64,000 nt of DNA from an uncultured Rhodothermales bacterium (lineage in GTDB: Bacteria; Bacteroidota; Rhodothermia; Rhodothermales; UBA10348): the NCBI GenBank assembly GCA_964383365.1, contig CAYLHF010000017.1:3506-67505 (forward strand). The letters are read 5' to 3'. A program made the position numbers and the translations under genes. Positions 60,083 to 64,000 of this stretch are shown here, in pieces. The stretch's first letter is position 1, and every line of letters starts with the position of its first letter. The notes under the pieces are model-generated. The model was not told where the DNA came from. It searched no databases and saw only the letters and a list, made by a program, of their open reading frames with translations.

Positions 60083-61789
60083 ATGCTCCCGTCTATCCAT
60101 CGATTTGTTGCGCTTCCATTCCTTGTATTGACCTGTACTCTTCCTGCCTGTGCGCAGCAACGAATGGCTCCGGACGAATTTCAGCGGTTTTCTGATACGT
60201 TCTGGGAGTGGCGTGCACGCACACAACCAGCCAGTGGAGATGATATCACGCGGCTCGAACGTCCGTTGGACTGGCGCCCGGACTGGTCACCTGAGGCTGT
60301 TGCGGAAATCTATGCCAGGTTCGACGTCTTGCACACCCAGTGGGAACGGTTTGATACCACCGGTTGGTCGATTCCGGCTCAGGTGGATTATCGGCTGCTG
60401 GGATCCGGTTTGTCCAGGATAAAGTGGGAGCTCGATTTATCCGGAGCCTGGAAGCGCAATCCGCTATTCTATGTCAATCAGACGCTGGGGCCCATTTTTG
60501 ATCTCTTGCTTCCACCACCGCCGTTCGACTCTCTACGCGTCTCGCATCTTATAGCTCGGTTGAACAATTTCAGTCCCATCCTCGAGGCGGCTGAACAGAA
60601 TCTTACGGAGCCCATTCGTCCATTTGCGGAACTCGCTATCGCGGGAGTTGCGGTTATACCTGATCAACTCCGAGCTGTAAGCGATGGACTCAAGGCATTT
60701 CTCTCGGAGGATGAAATGTCCGGGTTGAACAATGCCGTCGAATCGGCTGCCGATGCTACGATCCGGTATGGCGACTGGCTCCGGGTACGGTTATCCGACA
60801 TGCGCTCGGAGACGGCTGTCGGGCCAGAAGCATACGCTTTCTTTCTCAAGAATGTGGCATTGATGCCCTTTGAGGCAGACGAACTGGTTGCGATGGCGCG
60901 TAGAGAATGGGAGCGCTCCGTGGCATTTGAGTCGATTGAGAGCCAGAAGAACGAGGGGATTCCGGAACTGCCCCTGTTTCCTGATCAGGAAACGCAGATT
61001 GCCGCAACCCTGAATTACGAAATCGGGGTCAGGGATTTTCTGGAAACGAATGATCTGCTAACGGTACCTGCCTGGATGGGGCATTATGGTAACGCACCAA
61101 TTCCTGGCTACCTGGCTCCCATTGGATACATCGGTGTCATCGATGATCTGACATCCGAGTCCCGCCTGGATGAGAATGCAATCAAATACATTTTTCCTCC
61201 ATCTCCCGATCTGGGTTACTTTCATCTGTCGATGGCAAAAGATCCACGTCCGATTCTGGTTCATGAAGGAGTCCCGGGTCACTACTTCCAGCTCGCTCTT
61301 TCGTGGGTACATGACGATCCAATAAGACGTCATTATTACGATTCCGGCGCCAATGAAGGTATCGGATTCTACGCCGAAGAGATGATGTTACAGGCGGGCT
61401 ACTTTGATGACAGTCCGAAAACCCGGGAGATTATTTACAACTACATGCGACTGCGTGCACTGCGTGTAGAAGTAGATGTAAAACTGGCAATTGGAGAATT
61501 CAGCATCCCGGAGGCTGCCGATTACCTGGAGAAGACGGTACCGATGGATCAGACTACCGCTCGCCAGGAGGCGGCTTTCTTCGCATCGACTCCAGGACAG
61601 GCCATCAGCTATCAGATTGGAAAGTCACAGATAATAAAATTCCTGAGCGATGCGCGGAGCGAACAGGGGCGTGTATTTGACCTGCGCTCTTTTCATGATT
61701 TCGTATGGGAAAACGGGAACGTCCCGATCGCTCTCCAGCGATGGGAGTGGTTGGGTCTGAAAGATGAAATCAACACCCTCGATTCGTAG
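60083..61789 (+). CDS. DUF885 family exported protein (metallopeptidase-like fold)
   Basis: Signal peptide; VHEGVPGHYFQ, NEGIGFYAE, GQAISYQIG, FHDFV; start ATG 60083. Confidence 0.88.
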   Translation: MLPSIHRFVALPFLVLTCTLPACAQQRMAPDEFQRFSDTFWEWRARTQPASGDDITRLERPLDWRPDWSPEAVAEIYARFDVLHTQWERFDTTGWSIPAQVDYRLLGSGLSRIKWELDLSGAWKRNPLFYVNQTLGPIFDLLLPPPPFDSLRVSHLIARLNNFSPILEAAEQNLTEPIRPFAELAIAGVAVIPDQLRAVSDGLKAFLSEDEMSGLNNAVESAADATIRYGDWLRVRLSDMRSETAVGPEAYAFFLKNVALMPFEADELVAMARREWERSVAFESIESQKNEGIPELPLFPDQETQIAATLNYEIGVRDFLETNDLLTVPAWMGHYGNAPIPGYLAPIGYIGVIDDLTSESRLDENAIKYIFPPSPDLGYFHLSMAKDPRPILVHEGVPGHYFQLALSWVHDDPIRRHYYDSGANEGIGFYAEEMMLQAGYFDDSPKTREIIYNYMRLRALRVEVDVKLAIGEFSIPEAADYLEKTVPMDQTTARQEAAFFASTPGQAISYQIGKSQIIKFLSDARSEQGRVFDLRSFHDFVWENGNVPIALQRWEWLGLKDEINTLDS

Positions 61790-61860
61790 GTGCTCTGTTT
61801 AGCGCGCACGTCCAAGGCATCCCTGGATGAACGCGCTCCCGGTCAAACGGCTACCGGGTG

Positions 61861-63414
61861 TCACTTCAGTGCCGGGAAAAGGGAAGGCGGCTGCCTGTGC
61901 AGGGTGTGCGTTTCGTAGGCATACGCGAACCGAATAAGGACTTCTTCAGCGAACAGCCGACCGACAAATGTCATACCCATGGGTAGTCCCTCCGAAGTGA
62001 ACCCGATCGGTACCTGGATGGCTGGGAGTCCGGATTGCGGCGACAGATACTGACTGTTATCCCCGGCAGGGGAGTCCATATCCCCGATCTTTCGAGCCGG
62101 ATAACTCCATGTTGGATAAATGATTGCGTCGACATCTACAGCGTCCATTGCCTTGAGAATGGTTTCTCTGAATGCGATGTTTACCGGGTACGTATAGACG
62201 TCCGGACAGGGAGGATCTGTCCAACCAACAGCGAATTCCAGCCCACTTTTCACGGACGGATCGTACTTCCCCGACGCGAGAACGTCCTTGAGTGTTTTGA
62301 TCGGGAAGTCGGGTCCGCGACTCGCAAAGTACTCCTCCACGTCGTGACGGAATACTTCGCACCAGATGGACTCGTCCAGTTGGAGCCCTGGAACTTCGAA
62401 CGGGTCGACGATGGTGGCACCGGCGTCCGAGAGATCCTGAATCGCTTGCTCCATCCCGGCGTAGATGTCCGGGTTCGTAGAATCGGGCCGAAGATATCGT
62501 CGGAAGACACCGATCCGTGCTTCTTGAAGTCCATCCGGATCGAGTGAGTCGAGATAGGAGTCCGGAACGTGTCCCTCACTTCGTTCCGTTATGGGATCAG
62601 CGGGATCATATCCTGCAATTACATCCAGGATGCGCGCGGCGTCTTCAACGGTACGCGAAAGAGGTCCACCGATATCGTTGCGTAGATAGAGCGGAATGAT
62701 CCCGTCGCGACTCGTGAGTCCCATGGTAGACCGGATTCCGACGAGGTCATTATGTCCGGATGGTCCTCGGATCGAATTCCCCGTATCCGTTCCGAGGCCT
62801 ACCATCCCGAGATTTGCCGCCACGGCGGCTGCAGTACCTCCGCTCGAACCGGCGGGTACCCGGGAGGGATCATATGGATTGTGTGTTGTGCCTGCAATCG
62901 AACTCACTGTTTGAAATGGACTGAATGCCCACTCTGCCATATTCGTTTTTCCGAGGATGATGCCTCCGGCCTCCCGGATTTTCCTGACTTGATAGGCATC
63001 ATCCGGCGGAATAGTGCCTTCAAGAGCGGCTGAACCACCGGTCGTCTGTAGGTCGAATGTGTCATAATTGTCTTTCACCACGACCGGAATTCCGTGCAGC
63101 GGCCGGAGTTCTCCCGTCTCCTGGAATTCTGCGTCCAACCTGTCGGCTTCTGCCAGCGCATTTGGGTTCAGGACAACGAATGCATTGAGCGTGTCCTCGT
63201 AGGCAGCGATTCGGTCGAGATACATCTGCACCAATTGGTGGGATGTTAGACGGCCATCCCTGAATGCTGCGTGGGCGTCGGCAATGGTTGCTTCGACAAC
63301 ATCGAAGGGGGGTGTACCCTGTCGCGGTTGACATGCTGAGAGAGCAAGCAAACACACTGTTACGAGTACGGCTGTGCAACGGGAAAGACGGGATGTGGAA
63401 GATGAATTCACCAT
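61861..63414 (-). CDS. Amidase signature family lipoprotein
   Basis: LSAC lipobox; [28 protein letters not shown] (Lys/cis-Ser/Ser triad intact); start ATG 63414. Confidence 0.92.
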   Translation of the reverse strand: MVNSSSTSRLSRCTAVLVTVCLLALSACQPRQGTPPFDVVEATIADAHAAFRDGRLTSHQLVQMYLDRIAAYEDTLNAFVVLNPNALAEADRLDAEFQETGELRPLHGIPVVVKDNYDTFDLQTTGGSAALEGTIPPDDAYQVRKIREAGGIILGKTNMAEWAFSPFQTVSSIAGTTHNPYDPSRVPAGSSGGTAAAVAANLGMVGLGTDTGNSIRGPSGHNDLVGIRSTMGLTSRDGIIPLYLRNDIGGPLSRTVEDAARILDVIAGYDPADPITERSEGHVPDSYLDSLDPDGLQEARIGVFRRYLRPDSTNPDIYAGMEQAIQDLSDAGATIVDPFEVPGLQLDESIWCEVFRHDVEEYFASRGPDFPIKTLKDVLASGKYDPSVKSGLEFAVGWTDPPCPDVYTYPVNIAFRETILKAMDAVDVDAIIYPTWSYPARKIGDMDSPAGDNSQYLSPQSGLPAIQVPIGFTSEGLPMGMTFVGRLFAEEVLIRFAYAYETHTLHRQPPSLFPALK

Positions 63415-63467
63415 GGGGATGAACGGATGGACTGAGGTGTGAAAACGAATCACAGATTGAATCAGGG

Positions 63468-63986
63468 CTAAGGTAAGTTCGCTGGGATAAACTCTTTCAG
63501 GGTCCATCTGAATGAACCGACCGGGATCAATCGTTGTTCGTCCCTATCTACCAGAATTCTGATTCCCTCAATACGAACAAGACCGAATTCAGGCGAAAAA
63601 TCGTGCATAACGGTGATCGAATCTGAGAACGTAAACGTATCCATACCGCTGACCGTCGGATTTGGATGACCTCGGTACAGATTAAATCCCGGTGGATAGG
63701 TTTGGCGAAAACGGATAGTAGGGACAGCCCCGATGTCTGGCACTTCGTAGGTAGCGTCTGAACTTACCAATGCATAGTCGATTTTTGCCGGTTCCAGTCT
63801 ATAAGGTTCGTCTACCGCGGCTGGAAATCGAATGACGTGGACAGGATCGAGAAAATCACCGCGCCGGTATCGCTGATTCCAGAGGCCGTCTTCCCGAACC
63901 GTGTACCAGGCCGAGGAATGTCTACCGGGTGTAATCATCCCTTCATCATGGCTCTTGAATTGAAACCAACGCTCTCCATTCACCAC
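63468..63986 (-). CDS. Hypothetical protein, probably 5'-truncated by the window end
   Basis: Frame open to about 63998; beta-rich, ends [12 protein letters not shown]...WTLKEF. Confidence 0.55.
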   Translation of the reverse strand: MVNGERWFQFKSHDEGMITPGRHSSAWYTVREDGLWNQRYRRGDFLDPVHVIRFPAAVDEPYRLEPAKIDYALVSSDATYEVPDIGAVPTIRFRQTYPPGFNLYRGHPNPTVSGMDTFTFSDSITVMHDFSPEFGLVRIEGIRILVDRDEQRLIPVGSFRWTLKEFIPANLP

Positions 63987-64000
63987 AGAATCACGGACTA

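Noticed and set aside
61828-61858. Repeat-family member related to the 37-bp unit
   Set aside because: CCCGGT-N9-ACCGGG is a generic hairpin between convergent genes, with only chance similarity (CAAAC)
1-64000. Mobile elements, prophage, defence systems, Sec/Pyl recoding
   Set aside because: No transposase, integrase, phage, RM, TA or cas motifs recognised; recognised genes are full length without in-frame stops

Overview
Gene-dense bacterial chromosomal window of moderate GC. Gene content (ACIII plus caa3 oxidase, T9SS translocon SprA, metF, lipB) points to Rhodothermales/Rhodothermota or a close FCB-group relative; this is an inference, since no rRNA or marker search was possible. The left two-thirds is housekeeping: nadC-thioesterase-accA-GT2, a MATE pump, a complete 13-kb actA-G + SCO + coxBACD operon, metF, ybeY, lipB, sprA, PFK and dnaX-ybaB-recR. 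The right third is more accessory: dinB, an orphan imuB-like gene, an ECF sigma/DUF6768 pair, a TonB-dependent receptor/lipoprotein locus and amino-acid/peptide scavenging genes. I saw no rRNA, tRNA, CRISPR array, transposase or integrase. Best lead: a 140-aa His/Met-rich membrane-anchored upstream ORF ending in an RGPP arrest-type motif, followed by a C-rich spacer and a TonB receptor + lipoprotein pair. It looks like a CruR/CutF-like metal-sensing translational attenuator but lacks the canonical CxxC. Other leads: two apparently catalytically altered enzymes (a nucleosidase-fold protein and a class IV aminotransferase), a 3x37-bp hairpin repeat closing the respiratory operon, and an uncharacterised coupled gene pair between dnaX and dinB.
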